Shown one piece after another: positions 42,791-56,816 of a stretch of DNA of 64,000 bases. This DNA comes from Lytechinus pictus. Lineage: Eukaryota. The notes beneath the pieces were generated by a model. It saw only the letters and a list, made by a program, of their open reading frames with translations, made no database searches and had not been told where the DNA came from. The stretch's first letter is position 1, and each line of letters begins with the position of its first letter. Made by a program: the position numbers and the translations under genes. The stretch lies in assembly GCF_037042905.1 (NCBI RefSeq), contig NC_087250.1, forward strand, positions 8,434,001-8,498,000, given 5' to 3'.

Positions 42791-45700
42791 TGCCAAAGCA
42801 AATCCAGAATCACTGTTTTTGAATGAATGCAGAATGCAGTGTATTGTATGATTTTCTTAAAATCTGAAGATGGCCCCAAACTTGTAGCCTGTACTCTATA
42901 GACATGATTGTATCCCATTATGCATACATGTAAGAATCCGAGCCCGTTTGATGAGCGACTCTTACTTGCTGAAGTTATGTAGAAAATAGATTGTTTTTAC
43001 TTTCTCATACAGGACTAACAATGGAATTCCAATTATTTACTGACATTGATATGTCCTGTTTGCAATGTATTATCAAAGGTCAAGTCCACCCCAGAAAAAT
43101 GTTGATTTGAATAAATAGAGAAAAATCATATTAGCATAACACTGAAAATTTTATCAAAATCAAATATAAAGGAAGAAAGTTATGACATTTAAAAGTTTCG
43201 CTCATTTTTCACAAAACAGTGATGTGCACAATTTAGTGACATGCAAATGAGACAGTTGATGATGTCCTTCACTCATTATTTCTTTTGTTTTTTAATGTTT
43301 GAATTATTCAACATATCATATTTTACAGATTTGAAATAAAGCACCAACTTGACTGAACCATATACTATTAAACAATGCTAATTCCACATGTTCAGGGAGG
43401 AATAAATTGTTGTTTTCACTTGACAATGAGGAGAAAATCAGAATATTTCATATTAATAAAATAAAGAAATAGTGAGTAGATGACACCATCAGTCTCCTCA
43501 TCGACTAAGATGTGCGTATAGCTGTTTTGTGAAATTAAGCAAAACTTAAAATGTCATATAACTTTCTTATTTTACAACTGATTTTGATTTTATTTTCAGT
43601 ATTATGCTTATTGGATTTTTCTCTTTTTATTCAAATCAAATTTTTGTTGGGATGGACTTGTCCCTTAATTCTCAGTAGTTGACGAATGGTGTGGTCTTTT
43701 TTATTAATTTTTTTAAAGCATGCTTTAGTATGAGACCATGTGACCTGATAGAGGTTCTACAGAATTCACAGTGAACGTATATTATCAAAGTTGAACATTA
43801 TCAGGAGTAAACTGAACAAATATTCTATGAGAACGATGGCATATTAAAGAGAGAACTAGTAAAATATTAATGCATTTTGTTGAATTCTTTATTTTTTGTT
43901 GTTACAATTTCTGATGTTCATCTAAGTCCTTATAACCCAAGAAGGACTGGGCTATTTGAGACGTATTGAGGACCAGGGGAGTGTTTCATGAAGGACTTGT
44001 CAGACGTTTTATCCGACAAGTCTTATTTTATACGACAGTTACCATAGTAACACTTCCTCACAGCCAATCAGAATCAAGGAAAGTTGTCAGATCTGACAAC
44101 TTGTCGGACAAAAATCTTGATGAAACACTCCCCTGATCTCGGCCGCCGTTTGGGTGATCGCGCCGAAATCAAGCATGCACATTCTTTTCCACCTACACTT
44201 ACCAGCCAGTATAAACAAATTCTTTAAGATAATGATTTTTTATGTATTATGATTAAAGTATGCAAATTTATTTATGAAAACCATTATTTGCAAATCTAAC
44301 ACCCTATTTCACTTCAAATTGTCTCTTTTTTTTCCTGATATCATCTTTGCAAACTGGTTTAAAGGTTTCCACAAATAAATATTGTGAAAGCCAAATTTTC
44401 CCTTATGTATTTCTTTGTTTTTTAATCTTGTTTTTCATTGTTTTTTCAATGGAAATTAGTACAGCTAGACCATTTAACAACTAAATTAAACCCTAAATTG
44501 AGTCACGTAGCGTCGCGATGCTATACCCGTATATCGCAAATTTGGTCTCAAAAGTTGCGCAAGACTTCAAAGAAAAAGTCATAAAATTTTGCGGCTTTTC
44601 GGAAATATTGCGCGGAGCGTCGGGGGGGGGGGGGGGGGCATCATGGATCCCGGTCCTTTTAGGGTTAAACGGATGCTCCAGGCTAAGTAAGAATGATATG
44701 ATTTGAATAGATGAAGAAATTAAGTTCTGATAAGTAATACACTGAAAATGTAAACCAAAAAAGACAAGGAATAACAAATTTATGACATTTTAAGGTTTGG
44801 AATTATTCTGGTAAAACGTTGCATGACTGCCTTCATCTTCTGCACCTTGGGCACTCTGCCGAGTGGATTTAGCGCATTTCACACATTACTAATCCGGATT
44901 ATTAAATATGCGATGAGCCAACTAAGCTAATGTCATACCTTTACATTTTCTTTTGTATTTTATTATATGAAATTTCACTGATTAAAATTCTGTTCACCAA
45001 AAATGAAATGGGCCTAACTGGATTGATAACTGATTGTATGTCTAAGATAATGATTCCTCCAAATTATTTTGCAACAATGGAGACATACCAAGCACAGATT
45101 GTACGAAAATAATCATGATTTCATTTATTATAAATCATAAGAAAAGGGACAGTGTGGATCGATGTCATTTATCCTAATTTTCTTATGATTGATATTACAT
45201 CAGTCCATCTAATTAATATTCATGTGACAAGGGTGGATCCGCATATTTTTCCCCTCAGTACCGCAGTTGTGGAAGCCAACATGAATATTAATGACTTGAG
45301 TCTTCGGAATAAGAGTATATCTACGCATGTGCGTGCATGGACCATCTTGACAAAATTGTCAGTGGAGCCCCCTCAAATTACCGGTGCCCTAGTTACAAAG
45401 GCCTTATAGGCTTAGATCTATATCTAGATCCAATTCTTAAACACTGCCATGACAAGACAAAATGCTATAGCTAGACTAGGGCTAGCCTAGGCCTAATCTG
45501 AACCTGTCTATAGTGCCGACTACGTTGCTTGGAACTCAACTGGTTGATTCCGAACTTTACGTACATAGGTTAGACCAATTACCTTTGATTTGTCTAGTCC
45601 TTATGTACTGAACTAGTCCTAGATCTAAATAAATTTATCTTAGATCTATAGTCCGTAGTCTCTACCTTGATAAACATCTACGCTGTATATCGATCAGCAT

Positions 45701-48684
45701 GGAAGTAACGTATTCAAACGTCAGCTACATGAGTGCATGAGCAGAGCATGCACGTAAACTGTGTATGATCTATGTTTAACGCTAGGCAGTGTTTCCAAGT
45801 ACAGCTCTAAAATAAATTTCCCGAAACTGAATCCCAAATTTCCGGAAACTCATAGATATTTCCTGGAATTTTCAAGTTTGATTATAAAAAAAATCGGGCA
45901 ATGATACAGCGAGCCCAAATTTGGCCCTGTTGGCCAAAATCAAGGAATCCTGGCGGATTTCACTGGGAAAATAAAAAGAAAACGGAAAAAGAAAGAAAGA
46001 AAAATAAGGGAGCGGGAAAGAAAGGGGAAAAATAAAAAAAATTAAGGGACAGAAATAAAGAGCATAAATAGGGAAAATGGAAGGAAGCGCGGGAAAGGAA
46101 GGAAAGAAGAACATGTGAAGAAGTACAATATATCCCGCGGAAATACTAATACATTAGCATCATTAGCAAGAGAGATATAAAATCAAAAGATCAACGCATG
46201 GCACGTCCGGGCAAGAATGGCGGGAAAATGGGAAAAAGAGGCAAAAAGAAACGGGAAATGAAGGTATAGCCAAAAGCTCAATTTGAAAATCAGAATTATG
46301 AAGAAAAGGGACAAGAACACGTACGACCGGGCCGGCTGCCGAGGATTGAAAAATATAAAGACCGGGAAGAAGGGTGGACGGCGTCTACATGTATATAAGC
46401 TTGCTAAATTCTATGCAATAAATGGTCGCAATCGAGGACCCAAAAAAAATCCTTATGCAAGCGCTAGCCAGGGCCGGGCTAGTTTTATCCCCCTATATTA
46501 TGTTCTAACCTACAAAGTTTTACGTACACCGTAAAAAGCCTCTGGCTGAATTTCTAAAGCTACTATCACATAATTAGAATATATAATTTCAAAATAATTT
46601 TAAAAGGCCAAATTCTTCTGGCTCGCTTCGCTCGCTCGCGACGGTTACAATTTTTTTCCACATTTGCTATGTTGTGCTGCCTCAAAACATTTCGTTGATT
46701 TTCCACAACTGCGTTGAAGTCAATCTAATTATGTGTTATGTGTATAATATGATAAAAAGTGGACCATCTGCAATACTTAAAAATATCACAAGGTTCCGGG
46801 TGCTCCATGCACCCCAGACCAGCTAGTGGCAGCACCAAAGGGGGAGGCACTGGGGTTGCCCCCCCCCCGAAATTTTGAAAAATAAAAAAAGTATAGTAAA
46901 ATGTTGTCATAAGCATCCTACTAAAGCTGCAAAGTGCTTCAAATAAACAGCTTTTTTGTTCTTTAAATTTTGAAAATTTTCAAATCCCTTTACTGTAAAC
47001 TCCCAAAAATAATTTTGTCACTAATAATATAAAATTCCCGGGCATAAATCCATCAGGTCATTATATAAAATTCAACTCGCAATGAAAAAATAGACTTTCA
47101 TGACAAGACCACCCCAACAGAAAATTGATTATAAAAAGAGAAAAGTCCAACCATGAACATTTCATAAAAATCAGATGTAAAATAAGAAAGTAATTACATT
47201 TTAAAGTTTTTTAATTTCACAAAACAGTTATATGCACATCCTGGTCGGTATGCAAATGAGGAAACTGACATCGTCCACTCGCTAGATTTTTTGTATTTTG
47301 TGAAATATTCTAATTTCTCCTCATTGTCAAGCAGTGAAACAACAATCAATTCCTCCCTGAACATGTGGATTTATCATTGTTTAATACCATATGGTTCAGT
47401 CAAGTTGGTCCTTATTGTCAATCTGTAAAAACATTATATATTGTATAATTCAAACAATAAAAAACAAAAATAGTATGTAAGGGACGTCATTGTCGGTCGC
47501 ATTTGCATGTCACTGAGTTGTGCTGTTACTGTTTCGTGAAAAATAAGCGAAACTCTAAAATGTTATAACTTTCTTATTTTACCTCCAATTTTGATGAAAT
47601 TTTTACAGTTATGCTAGTTTGATTTTTCTCTATTCATTCATATCAACTTTTTTCTGGGGTGGACTTGACCTTTAACAAGCCCAAGTAGCTTCGTTTTTCA
47701 AACGGTGTTACACTAAAGGGGTAATCCATGCTGAAAATGATCATACATAAACAGTTTAAATTCACCTACATGTAGCAGATTGCTGAAATTTCTTGCAAAT
47801 CTGAAAACAAAGTGTCAAAGCTATTGAATTCTAAAGTTTAGTGCATATATTTCATGTACATACGTTATGCATTTTGTAAATATGTTTATTGTTATTCAGG
47901 GCCCCATGGAAGACCACTACTTATTGGTGAATGGGCTACCCGGTCAAAATGTCAGAAATAAATAAATAAAATAAACGACAGTTATTTGCACGCCACCATG
48001 CAGCGGCTGATCCAAGTAGGGCGGGGCACATCCAGTCCGTGCCCCCCTTTCCCTTTTAAGAGGCGCAAGAAATACTTTTAAAGGGAACATGACATGCACG
48101 AGGGTCCTTTTTTTTTGGGGGGGGGACTTGTCAAGTTTCTCCTGTACAAAAGTGCCCCCGCCCCTCCTTTGGAAGATAGGCTAACTGGATCTGCCCCTGT
48201 CACCATGAATATTCATTAAATGGACTGATGTAATATATCAATCATAAGAAAAGGAAAAGTATGGATATGACATCCATAAGTTCCCTTTTCTTATGAAATC
48301 ATGATTATAACATATTTTCATACATGTGTTTGGCATATCTCCATTGTCACAAAATAATTTGGAGGAATGATTACATGTATCTTTCAATCAGTTGTCAATC
48401 CCTTTATTTTTCATTCTTGGTCAACAGAATTTGATCCTAATTTCATATGATAAAATACATAAGAACAAGGGGGATATGACTTCATCAGCTAGCTCACTGA
48501 AAATTCATGGAGAAATGCATAGAACTGTTTTACCAAAATAATGCAAAACTTTAGAATGTCATTACTTTGTTATTCCTTGTTTGATTTTGATGAAATATTC
48601 AGTGTTTTGTTTATCAGAATTTCTTTATCTGTTCAAATCACATTATTTTTACTTAACCTGGAGCGTCCATTTAACAGTGTAGTA

Positions 48685-50712
48685 CAATGTAAAAAATGAA
48701 GTGCTAATTTAGCACTTACAGTGCTTGTATAGTGACTGCACCATGAGTGCTGATTTTCTAGTTTAAATTTGAACTAGAAAATCAGCACTCATACCCAGGA
48801 CCAAAATCCAATTGAAACCAGTTGGATTTCCAACTGGTTTCAATTGGTTTCAATTGGTTTTAACTGGTTTCAATTGGTTTTAACTGGAATTTAACAATTT
48901 CCAGTTGAAACCAATTGAAACCCGTTGGGCAACTGGAAAAGGCCTAACTGGAACCAGTTGGGTAACTGGAAATGACTTCCAATTGGAAATGATTTCTAAC
49001 TGGAACCAGTTGAGTAACTGGAAATCCCAACTGGAACCAGTTGGGCAACTGGAAATCCTAACTGGAACCAGTTGGGTAACTGGAAATGACTTCCAATTGG
49101 AAATGATTTCTTACTGGAACCAGTTGGGCAACTGGAAATCCTAACTGGAACCAGTTGGGTAACTGGAAATGACTTCCAATTGGAAATGATTTCTAACTGG
49201 AACCAGTTGAGTAACTGGAAATCCCAACTGGAACCAGTTGGGCAACTGGAAATCCTAACTGGAACCAGTTGGGTAACTGGAAATGACTAACTGGAAATGA
49301 TTTCTTACTGGAACCAGTTGAGTAACTGGAAATCCCAACTGGAACCAGTTGGGCAACTGGAAATCCTAACTGGAACCAGTTGGGTAACTGGAAATGACTT
49401 CCAATTGGAAATGATTTCTTACTGGAACCAGTTGAGTAACTGGAAATCCCAACTGGAACCAGTTGGGCAACTGGAAATCCTAACTGGAACCAGTTGGGTA
49501 ACTGGAAATGACTTCCAATTGGAAATGATTTCTAACTGGAACCAGTTGAGTAACTGGAAATCCCAACTGGAACCAGTTGGGCAACTGGAAATCCTAACTG
49601 GAACCAGTTGGGTAACTGGAAATGACTTCCAATTGGAAATGATTTCTAACTGGAACCAGTTGGGTAACTGGAAATCCTAACTTGAACCATTCAGTTGTGT
49701 AACTGGAAATCCTAACTGGTACCAATTGGGTAACTGGAGATGACTTCTAACTGGAAAGATGGGTAACTGGAAATGAATTCTAATTGGAACCAGTTGGGTA
49801 ACAGGAAATTATTTCCAATTGGTTTCCAATTGGAAATTTTCCAGTTACCCAACTGGATCCAATTGAAACCAGTTAATTTGCATATTATTTGCCAGTGTGC
49901 ACAGCTAATGTTTTATGAGATTAATCATCATTAACAATGTATCTATTTAATTCTTTACAATTTCAAGTACCACACTTTTTAAAGATAAGTATTTAGAATA
50001 CTTAGCAGTGAAAACCATGTTCATAAATGTTATAGATTATAATTAAAACAGATTAAAGGATAATTAGTACACCACTAACTGTTACCAAATTACATCAAAT
50101 AAAAGTACATATATTTGAAGATCTTCCATATAAATATATACACATGAAAGTCTGTATTTTATCAATGCCCTTTACATTGGTATTAATAGACATATAACAC
50201 TGCTTCTGTGTTGGCATGAGAAATAGTTAGTGCAAATGCTAATTAATTTGTAACTAATTAAGTTCGTTCCAACTGGAAGTTCCAATTGGATCCAGTTGGA
50301 AACCAATTGGTTTCAACTGGTTCCAGTTGAAACCAGTTGCCTCCAATTGGTTTCAACTGGAACCAATTGAAACCAGTTGCCTCCAATTGGATTCAATTGG
50401 TTTTAATAGGGAAATTGGAACAACTGGAACCAATTGACAACAATTGCCAACTGGTTCCAGTTGCCCAATTGGTTTTAACTGGAACCAATTGGCAACTGGT
50501 TTTCAATTGGAACCAATTGGTTTTTAACTGGAACCAATTGGCAACTGGTTTTCAATTGGAACCAGTTGTTCCAATTTCCCTATTGAAACCAGTTGGCCAA
50601 CTGGTTTCAATTGGTTTTGCCCTAATTGGTTTTAACTGGATTTTGGTCCTGGGTAGTGCATTCACTATACAAGCACTGTAAGTGCTAAATTAGCACTTCA
50701 TTTTTTACAGTG
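48685..50712. mobile_element. Palindromic CACTG-ended (EnSpm/CMC-like) MITE interrupted by a second element
   Basis: ta-CA(A/C)TGTAAAAAATGAAGTGCTAATTTAGCACTTACAGTGCTTGTATAGTGA at both ends, inverted. Central hairpin at 48746-48790. Confidence 0.7.
48794..50653. mobile_element. CCCAG-ended (EnSpm-like) non-autonomous element with AACTGG/CCAGTT subterminal arrays and a ~117-bp higher-order repeat
   Basis: 17-bp TIR CCCAGGACCAAAATCCA with TA duplication. Dense hexamer arrays at 48810-49875 and 50268-50640. Confidence 0.75.
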
Positions 50713-50831
50713 TAGGTTTCACGGTAGACCATGTATCTTTGTCAGGCAATTGCTGGTCCTGAAAAGGAGCATCCAAACTTGACGTTTCAACAAGTGTGTT
50801 CTTGTCATCTTCAAGAGACTTTATGAACACC

Positions 50832-51105
50832 AGGGCCCCGTCTTACAAAGAGTTACGATTGATCCAATCAATCGTAACACTATGGAAATCCATCAGTGTC
50901 ATCATTTTTTCTACAGGAAATTTGCCAAATGTCCTTTGTAAACAAAGGAAAACACACCAAATTGTCAAGAAATCAATGACTTTATGGATATACATTCATA
51001 TCTAGATTTTTTTTGGAACAAACATGCATTTCATATGTTGACTTTGCTGGCTTTCCATAGTTGCGATTGATCGGATCAATTGCAACTCTTTGTAAGATGG
51101 GCCCG
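50832..51105. mobile_element. MITE family GGGCCCGTCTTACAAAGAGTT; further copies at ~55805-56072 and ~58689-58950
   Basis: Three ~270-bp copies with ~40-bp inverted termini. Confidence 0.75.
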
Positions 51106-51851
51106 AGAAATCAACAACAAAAAAAGAACACAACAAAATGCATTTATACTAGTATATTTTACCAGTTCTCTCTTTAATATGCCATTGTTCTCATAGAATA
51201 TTTGTTTAGTTTACTCCTGATATTCTTCAACGTTAAAAATGCGTTCACATTGAATTCTGTAGCATCTCTTTTTAATAGGTCACATAGTCCTCATAATAAA
51301 GCATGCTTCAAAAAAAAAAAACACGACTCCATTCGTCAACTACTGAGAATTAATAAGAATACATGGCCAACAGGACATATCAATCGTATGTCAGTAAATA
51401 ATTTAAAATTTCATTGTTAGTCCTGTATGAGAAAGTAAAACAATCCATTTTCCACATAACTTCAGCGAGGAAGAGTCGCTCATCAAACAGACTGGGTTTC
51501 TCTTGTACTACATGTATGCGTAATAGGATACAATAATATCTATTAAATATAATTCATATTCATCGAATGATATATTGGTTTGATAAAGATGTCAAAACAA
51601 GTATAAATCAACCATTACTTATATTTCCAGGAGATGCCAAATGTTGAAATAGCCTTGCAGTACTTCACAAATGAAAAAGGGACAGTTGAATCTACATAAA
51701 TCAAATCTCTTGGGAACAAGGAAATCTCTTCAACTGAAATTAAAATTTGACAGAAAATATGTGAATAACCAGTTTTATATATATATTTTAAAAAATGCTT
51801 TGATGTGTTGTAAGTTGACTTATAAACTTTCTACAGCAGTTTGTAATATGA

Positions 51852-52824
51852 AACAAGTGGAATGCCTCTGGCCGTCTCACCTGCATCACGCGATTCAATA
51901 TAGCAGCAGTGCTGATTTTGAAAACTACTATAACTCGCACAAGATGTTCAGTGATACTTGGTTACTCTTATTTCCACGTTTTATGAACTAGACCAATACA
52001 CTTATAGAGATATGATGGCAATTCAACAAATACCCCCAACGTGGCCAAAGTTCTTTGACCTTACATGACCTTTGACCTTGATTATGTGACCTGAAACTCG
52101 CACAGGATGTTCAGTGATACTTGATTACTATTATGTCCAAGTTTTATGAACTAGACCAACACACTTTCAAATTTATGGCTGTAATTCAACAAATACCCCA
52201 ATTTGGCCAAAGTTCATTGACCCTAAATGACCTTTGACCTTGATCATGTGACCTGAAACTTGCACAGGATGTTCAGTAATACTTGATTACTATTATGTCC
52301 AAGTTTCATGAATCAGATCCATAAACTTTCAAAGTTATGATGGTAATTCAACAGATACCCCCAATTCGGCCAAAGTTCATTGACCCTAAATGACCTTTGA
52401 CCTTGGTCATGTGATGTGAAACTCATGCAGGATGTTCAGTGATACTTGATTAACCTTATGTATAAGTTTCATGAACTAGGTCCATATATTTTCTAAGTTA
52501 TGATGACATTTCAAAAACTTAACCTTAGGTTAAGATTTTGATGTTGATTCCCCCAACATGGTCTAAGTTCATTGACCCTAAATGACCTTTGACCTTGGTC
52601 ATGTGACATGAAACTCAGGCAGGATGTTCAGTAATACTTGATTAACCTTATGGCCAAGTTTCATGAACTAGGTCCATATACTTTCTAAGTTATGCTGTCA
52701 TTTCAAAAACTTAACCTCAGGTTAAGATTTGGTGTTGACGCCGCCGTCGCCGCCGCCGCCGCCGCCGTCGCCGTCGGAAAAGCGGCGCCTATAGTCTCAC
52801 TCTGCTATGCAGGTGAGACAAAAA
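51852..52824 (+). mobile_element. Full-length Helentron/HINE-like non-autonomous element
   Basis: Subterminal inverted repeats gtctcacctgcat (51874) and atgcaggtgagac (52807), tandem cores, a GCC microsatellite, a 3' hairpin and A-rich ends. Confidence 0.7.
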
Positions 52825-53436
52825 CCAAAGCCACAGCATTTTCCAATTATGTCTGAAAAGCAAGGTCTGTTAATACTTCTCTACTGAATCTTTCTTATCA
52901 AATGCAGAGGTTTAGGGGCAAATGCACATTAGAGATTACTGTGATTTCAGCTAGGTTGGAAGTATTCTCCCATTCTCATAGAGACTTCTACCATTAATGA
53001 TATATCCCATAGAAAGAATCACAACACTGTTCGTGGATTAACTTGCTTGAATGATAAATATCGATTCTTAAATTGAAATATCAAATCCAAATTAAAACTC
53101 GAAAAATATTGTGAATAAACCAAATGCAGCAGACCAATGTACCTATATTTTATCAATATCATAAAACTATCTCAAGTCGGAAATCAGATACTTATCAACT
53201 ATAAATGACAGTTGTGGTAAGGATCACAAAATGAGTTCAAACAGAATTCAATGAAATTGCCACCTAAGTGTTTGTATGTATTAATTAAACAAGATATGTG
53301 CTTCACGATTCTGGTAAAAAATCTTGAATTGCTGGGAAATTAGCATAATAACAGAGCTGCCAACATGAAGAGTAAAAAAAAAATTGTTATCTAGACGCTC
53401 AAAAGTCATAATTTTGACATACAAGTCATACAAGCC

Positions 53437-53690
53437 AACCGGTGTGTTTGCTCAGTTGGTAGAGCGTCGGGGGTTCAAACCCCGGCCGCGTCAGACCAAA
53501 AGACGTTAAAAGATGGGAGTTGCTGCTACCCTGTTTGGTGTTCAACAATTAAAAGGGATAGAGCTTCGTCGATCTGGCCCTGCACAGCGGCTGCCGGGCC
53601 CACGATCAATTGGGGAAAAAAAAAAATTCTGAGTATTTCATTTCTGGTGTCTATTTCGAACAATAAAATATGGATCTTGATAATTTCATT
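53437..53690 (+). mobile_element. tRNA-derived SINE
   Basis: A-box-like gctcagttggtagagc and B-box ggttcaaaccc, followed by a non-tRNA body. It interrupts a tandem-repeat unit. Confidence 0.7.
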
Positions 53691-54253
53691 TCGCAGTAGT
53701 ACATAGTTATCTAGAAGCTCAAAAGTCATAATTTTGACCTAAAAGTCAGAATTCATTTAGCAGTAGTATGAATTTCTTTTAAATAGTTATCGAGACGCTC
53801 AAAAGTCATAATTTTGACATATAAGTCATAATTTCATTTCGTGGTAGTATAAATTTCTTTAGAATAGTTATCTCGAAGCTCAAAAGTCATAATTTTGACA
53901 TAAAACTCAGAATTTCATTTCGCTGTAGTATAAATTTCTTTGAAATGGTAATATGAAGAACAGATTCCTTAAAAAGAAATGAATTTTAAGGCGTAGATTC
54001 AGAATCATATCCGGTACTTTCTCTTTTGCATAAATCCATGAAAAATCCAAGAGCATTAAAACCACAAGATCGGGTCAGTATTTAAGCATGCGATGATAAC
54101 ATTAAGAGCGATGTAAACAAAGATACACATACACAATCATGGGAATAATGAGCATCCTTGGCTGCCTACAGATGGGCGACACTGCCTCAATGCATTACTA
54201 TATATATATAGTATTAAATGTTACATATTTGCCCAAAAGAGTAATAATTATAC

Positions 54254-54410
54254 CTTGGTCACATTTGCTCTACGGTGGCCGTACACGAGTCGAAAACAGC
54301 CGTTTCAACATTTTCTGTACCAGCTATACATAGGTGGTTTGAACGAAAATGAATAAAACGGCTGTTTTCAACTCGCCGTACGGCCGCAGTAGAGCGAATG
54401 TGACCGAGGT
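54254..54410. mobile_element. Palindromic MITE; second copy at ~55574-55712
   Basis: gtcacattt...cgagtcgaaaacagcc mirrored by ggctgttttcaactcg...aatgtgac. Confidence 0.65.
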
Positions 54411-56371
54411 ATAAAGGTCAAAAACATAATGGCATAATTTGACATGAAAATCATAATATTTATGACTTTTCTTAATAGTTGGCAGCTCTGTAATAATCAC
54501 GGTATTCCAGGTAATTGTTGGGTCTTTTCCATGCTATGATTATAAAGTGTCCAACTCTGTCCAACATGTGCTTATCTGTGGTGGCGACCATCATGATAAC
54601 AAACTTAGGTTAATTCAATACGGTATAATCAGTTGATGACCTTTAGAAGTCTGTTTTCTAATGAAATCATTGTTTGCTGCAACTTTCCACCCTTTCACAC
54701 GGTAAAATAATCAAAATTTGAACGATGATTAAAGTGAAAAATAACGCTAATGACAATCACGAATTCAAAGTCTACTCCGGAGGTGAATTCCAGTTAAGTT
54801 TCACTCAAATAGATAATACAATTGTCATGCACTCATCATATTGTATATGCGATGCAGTGCTTTGAATTCAAATTAAAATCAGTTTTCGAGTGAGCGTGTG
54901 AAAGGTCCGATGACTCTAAAGACCAACTGCAATCATCATTACAATGATGATTCAAGATTCACGTGTGAAAAGGCCCTATATGAGATAAGCCTTCTTTTTT
55001 CGTGGAAAGGGATGGGGGGGCGGGGGGTGGCTTGCATCTGCTATAAAAAAAACCCAACAAAGATCATGAAGAATGAGAGGAGAATATGTAGGCGCAATGA
55101 CATCAACAACAAACCAAGAATGTAAAGCCCTATTGATGATAAATAAATACTAAATGCCGCAGACGACTATTCTTCACCAGAATAGTTTGTCCTGGGAAAA
55201 TTACAGTTGCATTGTCTACGAGAAAGTTCCACACAGGTACCAATTTACCTAACCAACGTAATGTGTTCAAATCTATGCCGATGCCCATACAAAGGATAGA
55301 CATTTCTATTCCATTTTTAACTCTTTGCAGGCTGAATTAATTTGGGAAGATAATGACAATTGTTTCCATGATATTTTCATTAATTCATGATTTACATATT
55401 GCTCAATTGATACTTATGATTATTATAATAGATGTTATCCAAGAACTATTGTAATTTATAAGCTTCTCTAATATGTATGTAGAGGAGAAAACTAATTATT
55501 ACAATTGTTAAATTTAATTGTATGAATGTGCAAACATCAGCGCGCAAAGGGTTAATCAATCCTACATTTTGCAGTCACATTTCCCCTATGGCGGCTGTAA
55601 GGCGAGTCGAAAACAGCCATTTTATTCATCTTTATCCAAACCACCTGCTATGTAGCTGGTACAAAAATGTTAGAACGGCTGCTTTCCGCTTGCCGTAGGG
55701 GAAATGTGACTGCGCTATCACTCCCCCTTTTTCTGACTTTTTTTTAGCCCTAAGAGAAACAAATTTCCGAGGTTTACTCAGAAGTCTGTGGCCCATATCC
55801 TGAAGTCCCGTCTTACAAAGAGTTGCGATTGATCCAATCAATCGCAACTATGAACGGCCAGCAACGTCAACATGTATTATGCATGCTCGTTCAAAATATT
55901 TCCTACCTATGATGTACATTCATGCATTAATTGTTTTTCTTAAAAATTCACTGTGCTTCTCTTTGTTTACAAAGGTCATTGTGCAAATTTCGAGTAGAAA
56001 AAATTATGACACTGATGAATTTCCATTGAGTTACGATTGGATCAATCAAAACTCTTTGTAAGACGGAGCCCAGAATTTAATTTGATCCATAGTTCAATAT
56101 ACAGCATTTGAGTGTGAAATCTAGATCAATATCTTTACAAATGTCATTGATTAATCTTTAACCCTTTTTTCACTTGGATTTTCGCAATGGTGGGAACAAA
56201 TTTAACTAATGGAGCACACATTGGCCTACCAATACATGGAATCTCTCTAATCACGCAAAATCAAATTAATATCAGTCAAATATGATGACTAGCATGTAAT
56301 GAAAGAAAAAAAGAAACAATTCAATCAAGCATTGAAATTCATAAGTGGAAGATGTAGTATGGCATCGCAGT

Positions 56372-56722
56372 TCAAAGGCCACTTTCATCCAACCTTTGTA
56401 GCTATGTCAAAGGTCACTCTTGTCTGACCCTCAGTTCTGTCAAAGCTCACTTTCATTTGACCTTCGAAGGTTTTGTCAAATGTCATCCCATCTGACCTTC
56501 AGTTTGTCAGAGCCCATTTGCATATGACCTTTGTAGTCATGTCAAAGGTCACTTTCATCTGACCTTCAGTTGTGTCGAAGCCAATTTTCATACGACCTTT
56601 GTAGTCATGTCAAAGGTCACTTTCATCTGACCTCCATAGTTGTGTCAAGGTCACTCTCATCTTCTCAGCTGAGCTTTGTAGTTGTGTCAAAGGTCACTCC
56701 ATACTTGGGTCAAGGGTCACCG
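56372..56722. repeat. Degenerate ~33-bp minisatellite (tgtcaaaggtcactttcatctgacc)
   Basis: About 10 diverged units, probably in the 3' UTR of the minus-strand gene. Confidence 0.75.
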
Positions 56723-56816
56723 TAGTAGCTGAAGTCTGCATGCTTCTATACAATATTAATCAGGAGAGGCTTGGGTGATGTTGAATGTTCTGTTCCAGAC
56801 TGTTGATATCGAGATG

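Larger units (their letters stand above)
53352..54490. mobile_element. TIR element (CAGAGCTGCCAAC) with internal ~63-bp tandem repeats, interrupted by a SINE and a MITE
   Basis: 13-bp TIR. ctcaaaagtcataattttgac repeats at 53398-53945. No clean TSD. Confidence 0.6.

Noticed and set aside
48905..50681. Repetitive W/N/Q-rich ORFs and a CRISPR-like appearance
   Set aside because: These are translations of a hexamer array within a TIR element. There are no unique spacers, and the context is eukaryotic.
53437..53500. tRNA genes (also ~58280-58354 and ~13548-13620)
   Set aside because: Pol III boxes are present but the cloverleafs are incomplete and continue into SINE bodies.
56372..56722. Mucin-like coding repeat on the minus strand
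   Set aside because: All three frames hit stops soon after the 56825 acceptor and unit lengths shift frame, so it is more likely a UTR minisatellite.
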